Positions 1 through 12,549 of a DNA stretch of 64,000 nucleotides are shown one piece after another. The notes under the pieces were generated by a model. That model saw nothing but the letters and a program-made list of their open reading frames with translations, was not told where the DNA came from and did not search any database. Each line of letters begins with the position of its first letter. Positions within the stretch are counted from its first letter, which is position 1. The DNA is taken from positions 104,960-168,959 of the forward strand of contig NW_019218217.1 in assembly GCF_002571385.2 (NCBI RefSeq), read 5' to 3'. The stretch is from Stylophora pistillata (taxonomy: Eukaryota). A program made the position numbers and the translations under genes.

Positions 1-349
1 AGCGAATAGTAAGCAAGGTCCACGTGAGAACCTTCGAGACCTTTTATTTGAACCTTGTTTGTACATTGGTTTTCAAGCTTTTTTAGCAAGCTTCACACTA
101 TTTAAGGACAATGGTGGTATTTCACAGAATTTACAAGCCGTTTATTATTAACATATTTTTTCAAGTTTCCACTGAATGAAGTGTGCAAGCGAAAGCGCCG
201 AAAGTTTAACATCGCTATTAATACAAGATAAATAGCTTGAAGTGTAAATACGTGTATTCATCGGTATCTTATTCCTTTAAAAACATAGGAGTGTTTCATG
301 CAAAGTCCAAAAACTTCAATCTTTTTTTTTTGTAGAAATTCATTACAAG

Positions 350-740
350 CAACTGCCATTAGCTAAGTCGTTAGGATGAGCATTGACTGAAAGTTGACGG
401 AAATATTCGCTGGAGAGTTGTTGAGCGATACATTGGTGAACAGTCCACCTAGAACTCTTGCTGTTAGATCATCACTGCCGTTATTCATTGATGTTGTGTT
501 ATTGCCAACTACTAATGGAAGTACAAGGCTGTTGACTTCAATTTCTTGCAAACGGCTTCAGTGCGTAGACCGTCGCTGGCGTTGGCAACTGTGACAGTCG
601 TGGTCGTACGACTGCAAATCCAGCCAACTTGCCTGACATCCTTCGTTGATTTTCTAAAAGAGTATGGCTGTAGGTGGATATTGAACCCGAGTTGACCTGA
701 CCCGTTAGCTCGGAGGTTGTTTTTTGTGGGCCATGTTTAC
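350..740 (-). pseudogene. Possible Crypton (tyrosine recombinase) C-terminal remnant
   Basis: Minus-strand frame reads ELTGQVNSGSISTYSHTLLENQRRMS, resembling the TGH-x-N..S..Y..Q..MS Crypton tail, followed by GGLFTNVSLNNSPANISVNF; frameshifted. Confidence 0.35.
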
Positions 741-1395
741 AGGATTTTCTCGCTTTCGCGTTGTCGCGAGCGAAAGAGGTTTTTCATGCCTCTCCAATAA
801 TTAACTGTTCAGTTCAAAACAAGGAAGAACCTCAAGCTCACTTTCAAAACCGCATTTTATGTTTTTGGCCCTTTAAAAGGTGACAATGGTTTTAAAATCA
901 TTTTAGATTGACTCAGAAACCAAACTTTGTAACGATAGTTATTCTGCTTACGTAGATGCAAAAAAAATATCACTTAGCCTCATTATCAACTCGCAATTCC
1001 ACCGTAAATAACTCGCTTCCTTAACCAATCAGAATGCAATATTGTGTTCAACGATGCCATTATATCGCAAATAGTGACTAGCCAAGGGCGTTATGATCAG
1101 GCTTTTTAATAACTTAAAAGTGTCAAAAGTGGTCCAAAACAAGGGAATCGGTTTGCAGGGTCCTTTTGCTTTCATCAATAACTAAATGAAACAAATCCTA
1201 TGTCAAATGTAGCTAACTGTTTCTTAACATTCTCGTAACTTCCAAGCTATCTCGATCGATATTGTTCAGCCAGTCGAAAGTAAGTGCATTGTATGCAAAT
1301 ACAACCAAAGGCTTATTTGAAATACGAGTACTTTGATCTCAAACAAAAAATTAAGGAATAGGTAAACATACGTAGCACAATAAATAGGTACTTAC

Positions 1396-1398
1396 ACC
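1396..1398 (-). CDS. Candidate 3-nt microexon GGT (array unit 1)
   Basis: ttgttttctttctttcatttcacctcatgctcaacag|GGT|gtaagtac. Confidence 0.55.
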
Positions 1399-1896
1399 CT
1401 GTTGAGCATGAGGTGAAATGAAAGAAAGAAAACAACAAATAGTCAACTGTTGTTAATCATTTTAGCATACTTATCATTAACCTTTATTCCCAGAAAAAAT
1501 GGCAGGAAACCTGTGTTGGTTGAAATCTCGTCTATTCGGAGACTACGTAGAAAGTTATTTTGCGAGTAGTGAATAGCGAAGGGCGTTACGATCAGACTTT
1601 TTAATACTTTAGAAATATGAAAAGTCGTCCAAAAAAAGGGAATCGGGTTGCAGGGCCCTTTTTGCTTTTATCAATAACAAAATGGAACAAATCCTATGTC
1701 AAATGCAGCTACCTGTTTGTTATTGTTCTCGTAACTTCCAAGCTATCTCGATCGATATTATTCAGCCGCTCGAAAGTAAGTGCATTCTATGCAAATACAA
1801 CCAAAGGCTTATTTGAAATACGAGTACTTTGATCTCAAACAATTAAATCAGTTAAGGAATAGGTAAACATACGTAGCACAATAAATAGGTACTTAC

Positions 1897-1899
1897 ACC
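1897..1899 (-). CDS. Candidate 3-nt microexon GGT (array unit 2)
   Basis: Same splice cassette as unit 1. Confidence 0.55.
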
Positions 1900-2393
1900 C
1901 TGTTGAGCATGAGGTGAAATGAAAGAAAGAAAACAACAAATAGTCAACTGTTGTTAATCATTTTAGCATACTTATCATTAACCTTTATTCCCAGAAAAAA
2001 TGGCAGGAAACCTGTGTTGGTTGAAATCTCGTCTATTCGGAGACTACGTAGAAAGTTATTTTGCGAGTAGTGAATAGCGAAGGGCGTTACGATCAGACTT
2101 TTTAATACTTTAGAAATATGAAAAGTCGTCCAAAAAAAGGAAATCGAATTGCAGGACCCTTTTTGCTTTTATCAATAACAAAATGGAACATATCCTATGT
2201 CAAATGGAGGTACATGTTTGTTATTGTTCCAGTAATTTCCAAGCTATATCGATCGATATTATTTAGCCACTCGAAAGTAAGTGCATTCTATGCAAATAAA
2301 ACCAAAGGCTTATTTGAAATACGAGTACTTTGATCTCAGACAATTAAATTAAGGAATAGGTAAACAAACGTAGCACAATAAATAGGTACTTAC

Positions 2394-2396
2394 ACA
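2394..2396 (-). CDS. Candidate 3-nt microexon TGT (array unit 3)
   Basis: ctcaacag|TGT|gtaagtac. Confidence 0.55.
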
Positions 2397-2890
2397 CTGT
2401 TGAGCATGAGGTGAAATGAAAGAAAGAAAACAACAAATAGTCAACTGTTGTTAATCATTTTAGCATAATTATCATTAACCTTTTTTCCCAGAAAAACTGG
2501 CACAAAACCTGTGTTGGTTAAAATCTCGTCTATTCGGAGACTACGTAGAAAGATATTTTGCAAGTAGTGAATAGCGAAGGGCGTTACAATCAGACTTTTT
2601 AATACTTAAGAAATATGAAAAGTCGTCCAAAAAGAGGAAATCGGGTTGCAGGGCCCTTTTTGCTTTTATCAATAACAAAATGGAACAAATCCTATGTCAA
2701 ATGTAGTTACCTGTTTGTTATTGTTCTCGTAACTTCCAAGCTATCTCGATCGATATTATTCAGACGCTCGAAAGCTAGTGCATTCTATGCAAATACAAGC
2801 AAAGGCTTATTTGAAATACGAGTACTTTGATCTCAAACAATTAAATTAAAAAATAGGTAAACATACGTAGCACAGTAAATAGGTACTTAC

Positions 2891-2893
2891 GGT
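2891..2893 (-). CDS. Candidate 3-nt microexon ACC (array unit 4)
   Basis: ctcaacag|ACC|gtaagtac. Confidence 0.55.
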
Positions 2894-3387
2894 CTGTTGA
2901 GGATAAGGTGAAATGAAAGAAAGAAAACAACAAATAGTCAACTGTTGTTGATAATTTTAGCATAGTTATCATTAACCTTTATTGCCAGAAAAAGTGGCAG
3001 GAAACCTGTGTTGGTTGAAATCTCGTCTATTCGAAGACTACGTAGAAAGTTATTTTGCGAGTAGTGAATAGCGAAGGGCGTTACGATCAAACTTTTTAAT
3101 ACTTTAGAAATATGAAAAGTCGTCCAAAAAAAGGGAATCGGGTTGCAGGGCTTTTTTTGCTTTTTTCAATAACAAAATGGAACAAATCCTGAGTCAAACA
3201 CAGCTACCTGTTTCTTATTGTTCTCGTAACTTCCAAGCTATCTCGATTGATATTATTCAGACGCTCGAAAGTAAGTACATTCTATACAATTACAACCAAA
3301 GGCTTATTTGAAATACGAGTACTTTGATCTCAAACAATTAAATTAAGAAATAGGTAAACATACGTAGCACAATAAATAGGTACTTAC

Positions 3388-3390
3388 CAA
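3388..3390 (-). CDS. Candidate 3-nt microexon TTG (array unit 5; upstream pyrimidine tract deleted)
   Basis: tagctgcag|TTG|gtaagtac; a ~300-bp deletion removed the normal acceptor context. Confidence 0.35.
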
Positions 3391-3580
3391 CTGCAGCTAC
3401 CTGTTTGTTATTGTTCTCGTAACTTCCAAGCTATCTCGATCGATATTATTCAGCCGCTCGAAAGTAAGTACATTCTATGCAAATACAACCAAAGGCTTAT
3501 TTGAAATACGAGTACTTTGATCTCAAACAATTAAATTAAGGAATAGGCAAAGATACGTAGTACAATAAATAGGTACTTAC

Positions 3581-3583
3581 AGA
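3581..3583 (-). CDS. Candidate 3-nt microexon TCT (array unit 6)
   Basis: ctcaacag|TCT|gtaagtac. Confidence 0.55.
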
Positions 3584-4849
3584 CTGTTGAGCATGAGGTG
3601 AAATGAAAGAAAGAAAACAACAAATAGTCAACTGTTGTTAATCATTTTAGCATACTTATCATTAACCTTTATTCCCAAAAAAAATGGCAGGAAACCTGTG
3701 TTGGTTGAAATCTCGTCTATTCGGAGACTACGTAGAAAGTTATTTTGCGAGTAGTGAATAGCGAAGGGCGTTACGATCAGACTTTTTAATACTTTAGAAA
3801 TATGAAAAGTCGTCCAAAAAAAGGGAATCGGGTTGCAGGGCCCTTTTTGCTTTTATCAATAACAAAATGGAACAAATCCTATGTCAAATGCAGCTACCTG
3901 TTTGTTATTGTTCTCGTAACTTCCAAGCTATCTCGATCGATATTATTCAGCCGCTCGAAAGTAAGTGCATTCTATGCAAATACAACCAAAGGCTTATTTG
4001 AAATACGAGTACTTTGATCTCAAACAATTAAATCAGTTAAGGAATAGGTAAACATACGTAGCACAATAAATAGGTACTTACNGTCACTGTTGAGCATGAG
4101 GTGAAATGAAAGAAAGAAAACAACAAATAGTCAACTGTTGTTAATCATTTTAGCATACTTATCATTAACCTTTATTCCCAGAAAAAATGGCAGGAAACCT
4201 GTGTTGGTTGAAATCTCGTCTATTCGGAGACTACGTAGAAAGTTATTTTGCGAGTAGTGAATAGCGAAGGGCGTTACGATCAGACTTTTTAATACTTTAG
4301 AAATATGAAAAGTCGTCCAAAAAAAGGGAATCGGGTTGCAGGGCCCTTTTTGCTTTTATCAATAACAAAATGGAACAAATCCTATGTCAAATGCAGCTAC
4401 TTGTTTGTTATTGTTCTCGTAACTTCCAAGCTATCTCGATCGATATTATTCAGCCGCTCGAAAGTAAGTGCATTCTATACAAATACAGCCAAAGGCTTAT
4501 TTTAAATAAGCAAAAAGTTCAAGGAATGGATAAACTTGCATAGCAAAAACGGTAATCATTAACCCTTACTCTTAGAAAAGGCCAGGAAAGCCGCGATGTT
4601 TCTAATCTCGTCTCTTTGAAATACTATCAAGAGATTTCTTTCGCTCTCGAATGACTCCGTGATAATCTATATATTCAGAATTCAATTTTTGCACGACATT
4701 CTACCTAAGAAGACAGCAACAAAATGTGGCGAATAAATAAAGGGAGAAAAAAACCTATGTTTGGAGGTCGAGGGTAAATATCTTAAGCGACATGGAATAT
4801 TGTTTACGGTTCTTGATTATGGTAAGTAGTGTTCTCAACACCGGTTTAT

Positions 4850-4851
<2 letters not shown>

Positions 4852-4895
<44 letters not shown>
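4852..4895 (+). repeat. (ATT)n microsatellite
   Basis: About 14 ATT units. Confidence 0.95.
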
Positions 4896-4896
<1 letters not shown>

Positions 4897-5383
4897 TTTG
4901 TAATTTTAATACATAATTGATGTGTTTCTTTTGCTTGTTTAGTTTTACATGCAGTTAGCTCGTTCGGAATTAGACGATCGAAGAGCTTTTCAAATAGCTT
5001 TGTCCATTGAACACGATGCGAAAGAAGGGAATGTAGTTTGAAACCTGAAGACTGTTTCGTCGAGAAATTCTATTATTGATCATTAAGTTAATTAATCCAC
5101 TAATAAGATACTTTAAAGTGATATCATAATACTAATGTAAGTGATTTGTCGGCTGTGGGCCCAACCGACTCACTTGGTAAATATCAAATCGTTTCGTATA
5201 CGTTATTATCTGAGCATTTCATAACAATGTGACTTTATTTTAAGATTCGAACGCACTTCTTTGATTGTCTGACACTGTAGTCGTCAATAAAGATGTTTGA
5301 TAATAGTGAACCAAAAGCCCACAACTGACGAAACATTCGAATCCCAATCGGTAACTCCGAGGACCGCGACGGATAACACTGAG

Positions 5384-8300
5384 ATGGCAGAAGAAGCCAA
5401 AAGCATTCGACGAACAGCCAAAGCAATGTTTGCCAGGATGCGCAATTAACTCCTGAAACCTATGGATGCCGACCAAGGACGAGAAATGGTCGAAGGTAAT
5501 TACGTGAAGCTTTCAGAAGCATGGGATATCGTTGAAAGTAAACACGATCTATACAGGATGTATTTAACGGATGAAGAACTGGAAGTCGTGGAGGGGTGGA
5601 TTACTGAGTTGCGGGGCCTGTTTGCAGAAGCGACAGCGCGTAAAATCCAGTATATACACAAATCAGTTAGATCAGAAATTGTCGTTCGAGAGAACACATT
5701 ACGTCATGAAACAGAAATGAAGGAGCGCGCGGAAAGAGAGAGGAAAGCAGAAGAGGCACTTACAATGCGCGCGAAAACGCAAACAGTTTTTAGCACTATC
5801 TGTAATAATAGAAAGCATTTTCTTGATAATAACATGGCCGCACATACTCTGGAAAGGTCTTTAAGACAGATAGAGGATGCGTATGCCGAGTGTAAAACTG
5901 CAAACGATGACGTTTTAGATTTAGCAGACCATGACACTTCAGAAAACGCTATAAAATTTGCATCACTGTNNNNNNNNNNNNNNNNNNNNNNNNNNNNNNN
6001 NNNNNNNNNNNNNNNNNNNNNNNNNNNNNNNNNNNNNNNNNNNNNNNNNNNNNNNNNNNNNNNNNNNNNNNNNNNNNNNNNNNNNNNNNNNNNNNNNNNN
6101 NNNNNNNNNNNNNNNNNNNNNNNNNNNNNNNNNNNNNNNNNNNNNNNNNNNNNNNNNNNNNNNNNNNNNNNNNNNNNNNNNNNNNNNNNNNNNNNNNNNN
6201 NNNNNNNNNNNNNNNNNNNNNNNNNNNNNNNNNNNNNNNNNNNNNNNNNNNNNNNNNNNNNNNNNNNNNNNNNNNNNNNNNNNNNNNNNNNNNNNNNNNN
6301 NNNNNNNNNNNNNNNNNNNNNNNNNNNNNNNNNNNNNNNNNNNNNNNNNNNNNNNNNNNNNNNNNNNNNNNNNNNNNNNNNNNNNNNNNNNNNNNNNNNN
6401 NNNNNNNNNNNNNNNNNNNNNNNNNNNNNNNNNNNNNNNNNNNNNNNNNNNNNNNNNNNNNNNNNNNNNNNNNNNNNNNNNNNNNNNNNNNNNNNNNNNN
6501 NNNNNNNNNNNNNNNNNNNNNNNNNNNNNNNNNNNNNNNNNNNNNNNNNNNNNNNNNNNNNNNNNNNNNNNNNNNNNNNNNNNNNNNNNNNNNNNNNNNN
6601 NNNNNNNNNNNNNNNNNNNNNNNNNNNNNNNNNNNNNNNNNNNNNNNNNNNNNNNNNNNNNNNNNNNNNNNNNNNNNNNNNNNNNNNNNNNNNNNNNNNN
6701 NNNNNNNNNNNNNNGCATCGATTCTTTCAGATATAACCGGAGTTTCAGTTTGAAAAACCTCAAACCTACTTTGCACACAACGATACTTGATAGAGATCAA
6801 CCATGTGCTTCATTTTATCAAATAATATCCAGTCACAAGAGAAACAGCTTGCCATTTCGGGCGAATTCTTCAATTGTACGAACTGGTTTGTGTTACGTTA
6901 ATATCAAAATAAAGTGGACGCGAGTACTATCAATACCATGGAAAAGCTTCATGAGGTAAACCTTGTTAATCTTAAACTTAGCCTAGAAATGATGAGAGAA
7001 AGCAATAATTACCTGAGGGAAACCAGTCTTCCGTGCGACGTCTTGCCATGCAAGTTCCTTTTTGTTGCGGTCTTTAAAATCTTTACTTGCTTTACCATAC
7101 AAAACTGGATATTGTCTCACCGCCTCGGAGAGAAGTTCATCTACTGACAGCTCTGCATTTGCCGAAGTGTCAAATCGATCGGAGTCCCCCATTTTGTTTG
7201 TGGATAGTTTCTCGAGGAGATATGGGTCAAAGTGAGCGATTATTCGTTGACCACCTTACGCTTATGCTTATATATGCTTATTTCACACGCGTTCGCACTA
7301 CGACATAAGCATAACAGCACAAGAAGAACGAACCTTGTTCGTTTTTCTTGTGCTTATGCTTATGGTTAGGTCGTGGGTGTTCTCACTTGCTTATGCTTGT
7401 GCTTGTGCTTATGCTTGCGCTTGTGCTTATGCGCAAGTGAAAACCAGCCTTTAGGCAGCGAGCCTGCAACTATCGTTAAAATCATTGACGACGATGTCAG
7501 GGAAATATGGAAAAGTCTAGATGAGAAGTCTGGAGATCCAGCAAAAGTTGCAGATGTCATTATTGACGGGATACGGAGAACTGGAATTATAAGAGAAGAA
7601 GAGGAGAAGAGATTTATTGAACTCGTAGAGATCATTGAAGAGGGCTATAGAGATCTAAAAAGGCTCGCTCTAGAATCGGAGATAACAAAAACAAGCTCTG
7701 TCAGTATCATAGAAAAGAAACTACCGGCGGACATTCGACGAAAATGGGCCGAGATTGTGAGCGCTGATAACAGTGCAGTTAATAAAACTAACAAATTTCC
7801 ATCGCTTCTTAACTTCCTACACAGCCAACGTAGAGCCATAGAATATGACACGGCCTCGCTAAGGGTACCAGCTGGTCCATTGAAAGCCGTCATTCACCAC
7901 ACAACTGCTGAGAAGGAAATCGATATGAAAGGCCAAAGACTGACGCAGGGTAAATGCTTAATTCAAGAGGGTGGCAAACATTCCGCTGAGGAATGTAAAG
8001 TCTGCTCGTCGCAGTCTCTTGACGAAAAGAAGACGCTACTGAAAGAGAAAAATGCTTGCTGGTATTGTCTTAAGGTCGGTCACCTGTCTCGTGTATGCAG
8101 AGCGAAGAAAACATGCAACATCAAAGACTGTCCATTGACACATCATCACTCTCTGCACGAAGAAATACAGGTGTTAAACACGTCCAACACCTCTGGGCCA
8201 ACAAACGTTTGTAGGAATACAGAGACTGACGCCTGCCTGTTACAAGTGCAGAAGATCAAAACCAAAAGGGTAACTTGAACGTGATGTGAGATAACGCATC

Positions 8301-11300
8301 CTCTCTATGTTTCGTTACCAATTCCAAAGCTAGAGAACAAGATCGTAAAGGAAAGAAAGGAGCTTTATCGAACATAAAGATTGGATCCCAGGATAAGAAG
8401 ATAAATACGATGAAATTTATACTACCCTTAGTTGATACACAAGGTAAAACAATACACATTGAAGCCTATGGTATTGATCAGATTACCTCAGACTTCGAAA
8501 GCATGAGCACCGAGAATCTGGCAAAGTTGTTTAACGGCGTGTCAAAGGACGATATCGCACGACCAGCGGGACCCGTCGACGTTTTTATTGGGTATGAGTT
8601 TGCTGCGTATCACCCTCAAAGAAAAAAGAACGCTAGACACCTTCTGTTACTCCAGACTTGATTTGGCCTTTGTATCGGAGTAACACACCCGTCGATAAAA
8701 GGCGAAATAAAAAAACATGACCTCAGTTACGCTCGAGTGCATCATGTAATAAAAGTAGAAGACTTGTACAAAATAGAGAATCTTGGCGTTGAAAGTGTTT
8801 AGCGTTGTGGAAGCTGCAAATGTGGACATTGTACTATTGGAAGTAAAAACTAAAGCATCAAAGAAGAAAAGGAGTTCGAGTTGATTGAGAAAAACATGAA
8901 GTTTGACGCTCAAGACAATAGATGGATCGCGGAGTACCCATTGATTTAAGATCCGTGCGATCTTCCTGATAATAGACGAGTGAGTAGCTCTAGCCATGCT
9001 GTATTCTACTGAGCGTAGACTGGAAAAGAATACACAACATGCAACTGTATACGATAACCAAGCTGGAGATATGGTTCTATAGGGGGTCGTCCGTAAACTC
9101 AGCAAAGAGGAACTTAACACTTACAAAGATGCTATCCATTACATTTCCCATCCGGAGGCGCTCAAACCAGACTCTAAATCTCCTCCAGTTACAATCGTGT
9201 TTAACAGTAACGCAAACTACATTGATTACGTATTTAATGAGTACTGGGCAAAGGAGCCAGACTTGCTTAACAGTCTGCATGGAATACTTGTGCGATTTCG
9301 CGAGAATGAAGTAGCATTCATAGGTGATATCAAGGAGATGTACCATACCGTTAAAACAACAGTGCTAGATCGACACACTCACCGATTTTTATGGAGGGAC
9401 ATGGTCACCGACAGAGCACCCGACACCTATGTGATAAAAAGAGTTTCACTCGGAGATAAGCCCTCTGCAACCATTGCTACGATGGCCCCGCGCAAGACAG
9501 CAGAGATGGGAAGTGAGCGATATCTGGATGCCGCAAAAATCGTGAAACATATATGGATGGCATTATATAAAGTACCACAGACCTTCCCACTGCCCTAAAA
9601 TGAATACAGGACATCAAGACCTTAATTATTAAGGGCAGATTTGAACTAAAAGAATGGATATTTTCCCGTGACTCAAGTAACAGTAAAAAGTATCTATCAA
9701 ATGAGTCAAACGTAGCGACCGAAAAGGTACTAGGAGTCAATTGGGACCCAATCCACGACCATTTGTGCTTTTCAGCAAAGCTTAACTTCTTTTCGAATCG
9801 GAAACGCGGAGTACAGAAAGGCAATCCTAGTAACGATTCGAAACTCACACCATCACTTACGAACTGATGATATTGTCAGAAGCCAACAGTATGTACGACC
9901 CTCTTGGACTGGCGGGGCCCTTCACAGTGCGGGCCAAAATCTTTAAGCGACATTTGTGGGAAAATAGCGAGAAGCTCGACTGGGACGATCCGATACCAGA
10001 AAATAATAAACAACAATGGTCAGCATTCCTTAATAAATAACCTGAAATGGATCGAGTCAAATTTTTCGGTGAGATGTTTAAAGCCTTCGGACGCAGTTTG
10101 CAATCCTGTTCTTATTATATTCTGTGATGCTTCAGAAGGCATTTACGGCTCCTGTGCGTATGTACGATGGCAACGACAGAGCGGAGGGTTTGCGTGCAAT
10201 TTGATTGTTTCTAAAAATCGCGTTGCCCCGACAAAAATATGTCTATCGAAAAAGTAGAGTTGTGTGGAGCAGTGTTAAGTGAGCGGCTTGAATCCTTGAT
10301 CGATAAAGAAAGCAGATACTTTTTTGAGAAATCCTATTACGTAGTTGACTCTCAGATAGTGCACGCAATGTTACAGAAAAGCTCCTACGGTTTGAATACC
10401 TTCGCCGCTACACGTATCGGTGAGATTCAGGAAGGAACCAACATCGAGGATTGGTATTGGTGCGAAAGTAAATTTAACATTGAAGATTGGTTAACTAGAG
10501 GAAAGAAGCCAAGTGAAATTAGTCTTCACAGCGATTTGCAACGAGGAGCTCTTTTTCTTAAACAACCCGAGAGCGAGTAGCCTATTTCTCGTAATTATTC
10601 TGAAGTAAGAATACCTCCAACAATTATGAAAGTAGTCCACACAGGGAATGTAACTGTTAAAGGCGACTTGGCGTCTAGAATCAAGATCGAACGATTCTCA
10701 GATTATAACCGTCTATCGAGAGTGACAGCAGTTATTTTAAACCTTTATCGCAGAGAACCCAAGGTAACCTTTAAGAACGCATAACAGGAAATAACAAGTA
10801 AAGATGTAGAGGCAGCGGAGGTATTCTGGATCAAAGAGGCACAGCGAAATATGGAGAACGATATAAAACATGGTAGGTACAGACGTTTGTGTCGTCGATT
10901 ACGAGATGATGGCATATATGTGATAAGTGGCCGTGCTGAAAAATAGCTAGAAATAGCCTACAACAAGAAAGATATACTCCTACCATGGCAGCATCGATTT
11001 GCTCGTATTTACTAGGAGTACATTCATGCTAAGGGGCATCACGGAGTTCTTACAACAGCAAGCAAGATCCGTGCAAGGTTCTGGATAACCAAATAACTTA
11101 AAATGATCCAATCTGTAAAGATCAACTGTGTGACGTGTAAGAAACTTGACAAGAAACTATCAGGACAAGTACTGGGAAACCTTCCTAAAGAAAGACTCAA
11201 ACCGAAACCCTCATGATATTCCACATCAATTGACTTATTTGGATCCTTTACGATCCGTGACGCAGTTAAGAAGCGTTCTACATCAAAAGCGCATGGGGTG

Positions 11301-11703
11301 ATTTTTAATTGCGCTGGAACCAGAACTGCATATTTGGAGCTTGCACCTGACTACAGCCCAGAAAGTTTTCTTATGGTTTTAAGCAGATTTGTCTTACTTA
11401 GGGAATATCCATCGAAAATTTATGCCGACAATGGCGCGAAACTTCTCGCAGCAACTCAGGAACTTGAGAAAGTTACGAAATCTTTACATTTGGAGAAGCT
11501 AAAAATTCTTTGAGGTATGGAAGGTTTTGAATGGAACTTCACGCCAGCTGATGCACCAGGGCAAAATGGAACATCAGAATCTCTCGTCAGATCAGTCAAA
11601 AGATCACTCAAGACTGCTATTGGAGAAAGCATCCTCACGTTTTCAGAAGTTCAAACGGTACTCTTTAAAGTTGCTAATCTAATTAATGAAAGACCTATAA
11701 CCG
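5384..11703 (+). mobile_element. Degenerate BEL/Pao LTR retrotransposon (gag-protease-RT-RNaseH-integrase), 3' truncated, antisense to the host gene
   Basis: Gag zinc knuckles (CWYCLKVGHLSRVC, CNIKDCPLTHHHSLH); RT (PDLLNSL..RFRENEVAFIGDIKEMYH, HRFLWRD); Pao RNaseH (IFCDASEGIYGSCAYVRW, SKNRVAP, ELCGA); integrase (YADNG, WNFTPADAPGQNGTSESLVRSVK). Many stops and frameshifts; LTRs not defined. Confidence 0.93.
6716..7450 (-). mobile_element. PIF/Harbinger-type element end with MADF-domain ORF fragment, inserted in BEL gag
   Basis: ORF 6983-7192 (LSEAVRQYPVLYGKASKDFKDRNKKELAWQDVA) is MADF/Myb-SANT-like. The end has subterminal TGCTTA/TGCTTG repeats, then gtgaaaaccagcct followed by TTA. The other end is in the N gap. 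Confidence 0.7.
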
Positions 11704-12224
11704 TATAAAAGTTGAAACAGAAGTGACCGTTTTTGACGGTTGATGACTAAAGCTTGAGCTATGCGATGGCTGAAAGTTAAACTCATTGAGACCTTTTAAA
11801 GTGGACGCGCTATCTGAATTAGACACGAAACATATCTGAAGGCATGTAAAGCAATTTTAAAATCATATATCATATGACCTGTACGGCCCGCGCGCAAACC
11901 TATAAGCCAAGGTGAAAGCTGACGTGTGAAGGGCCGACGGGTTGACTTGGATCGGTCCAGAAAAAACACTTTCAGCCCTGCACTTATTGGGATCTTTATA
12001 ATTTTCTGATAACGCATTTGAAATTGTGCACTTCAGATAAAAGTATAATAAATGAGAAAACGAGTAAAACTTCTCGATAATTATGACCAGCAGCAATAAA
12101 GAAAAATATTTTTTTCTGTAGAATGCTTTACCAAGTGTGCAGTGCGTACCTTTCTGCCGTATACATGTACATCCTACCTATTACGACAAAGGTTTCGAAA
12201 TCTTCAACACCTAGTGGTCATGTG

Positions 12225-12368
12225 ATAAAAGGCTTATTGATTGAGTTTGTTAGGACCACACGGGATAATATTTGACCCTCTGCCCGAGGTCATGCTCTCT
12301 GAACGAGCATGACCTCGAGCAAATTATTTTTCCCGTCCGACCCTCCCACTCAGTCAAAAAGCACATTT
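12225..12368. repeat. Short palindromic non-autonomous repeat
   Basis: Central hairpin cgaggtcatgctc...gagcatgacctcg with imperfect outer arms. Confidence 0.5.
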
Positions 12369-12549
12369 TACATGTCCCTTCTTTTTAAAATCCATCTCGA
12401 TGTTATGCTGTTAGCCACTGTATCAATAAAACTCACGGCCGAAAACGTTTTGTGCTCGGATTATCGGAAAAAGAAAATCCGTACTTTAGCTACAACACTT
12501 TCCCCTCTGCAAAAGTTCGATTACACTTTCCAACTTGTTACAATGAACT

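Larger units (their letters stand above)
1080..4505. repeat. Tandem array of ~497-501 bp units (about 7, one shortened to 193 bp); each carries a minus-strand 3-nt microexon cassette
   Basis: Recurring tacttac-NNN-ctgttgag at 1396, 1897, 2394, 2891, 3388, 3581 and ~4082 (spacings 501, 497, 497, 497, 193, 501); the 3388 copy has lost its downstream part. Units are highly similar by eye. Confidence 0.95.

Noticed and set aside
4081-4088. Microexon identity in array unit 7
   Set aside because: An N at 4082 makes the length and sequence unreadable (possibly TGA), so it is not listed as a feature.
1617-4505. Repeated 71-aa plus-strand ORF MKSRPKKGNRVAGPF...
   Set aside because: By-product of the tandem repeat: broken in some units, no domain, and antisense to the splice cassettes.
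1080-4505. CRISPR-like repeat-spacer array
   Set aside because: Units are ~500 bp with only a 3-nt variable spot; eukaryotic context and no cas genes.
5949-6959. Long ORFs spanning N runs (also 19451-19839)
   Set aside because: Artefacts of assembly gaps; the gaps could hide further exons.
7373-7450. Cys-Leu repeat N-terminus LCLCLCLC of ORF 7373-8278
   Set aside because: Translation of Harbinger subterminal repeats fused by chance to BEL gag.
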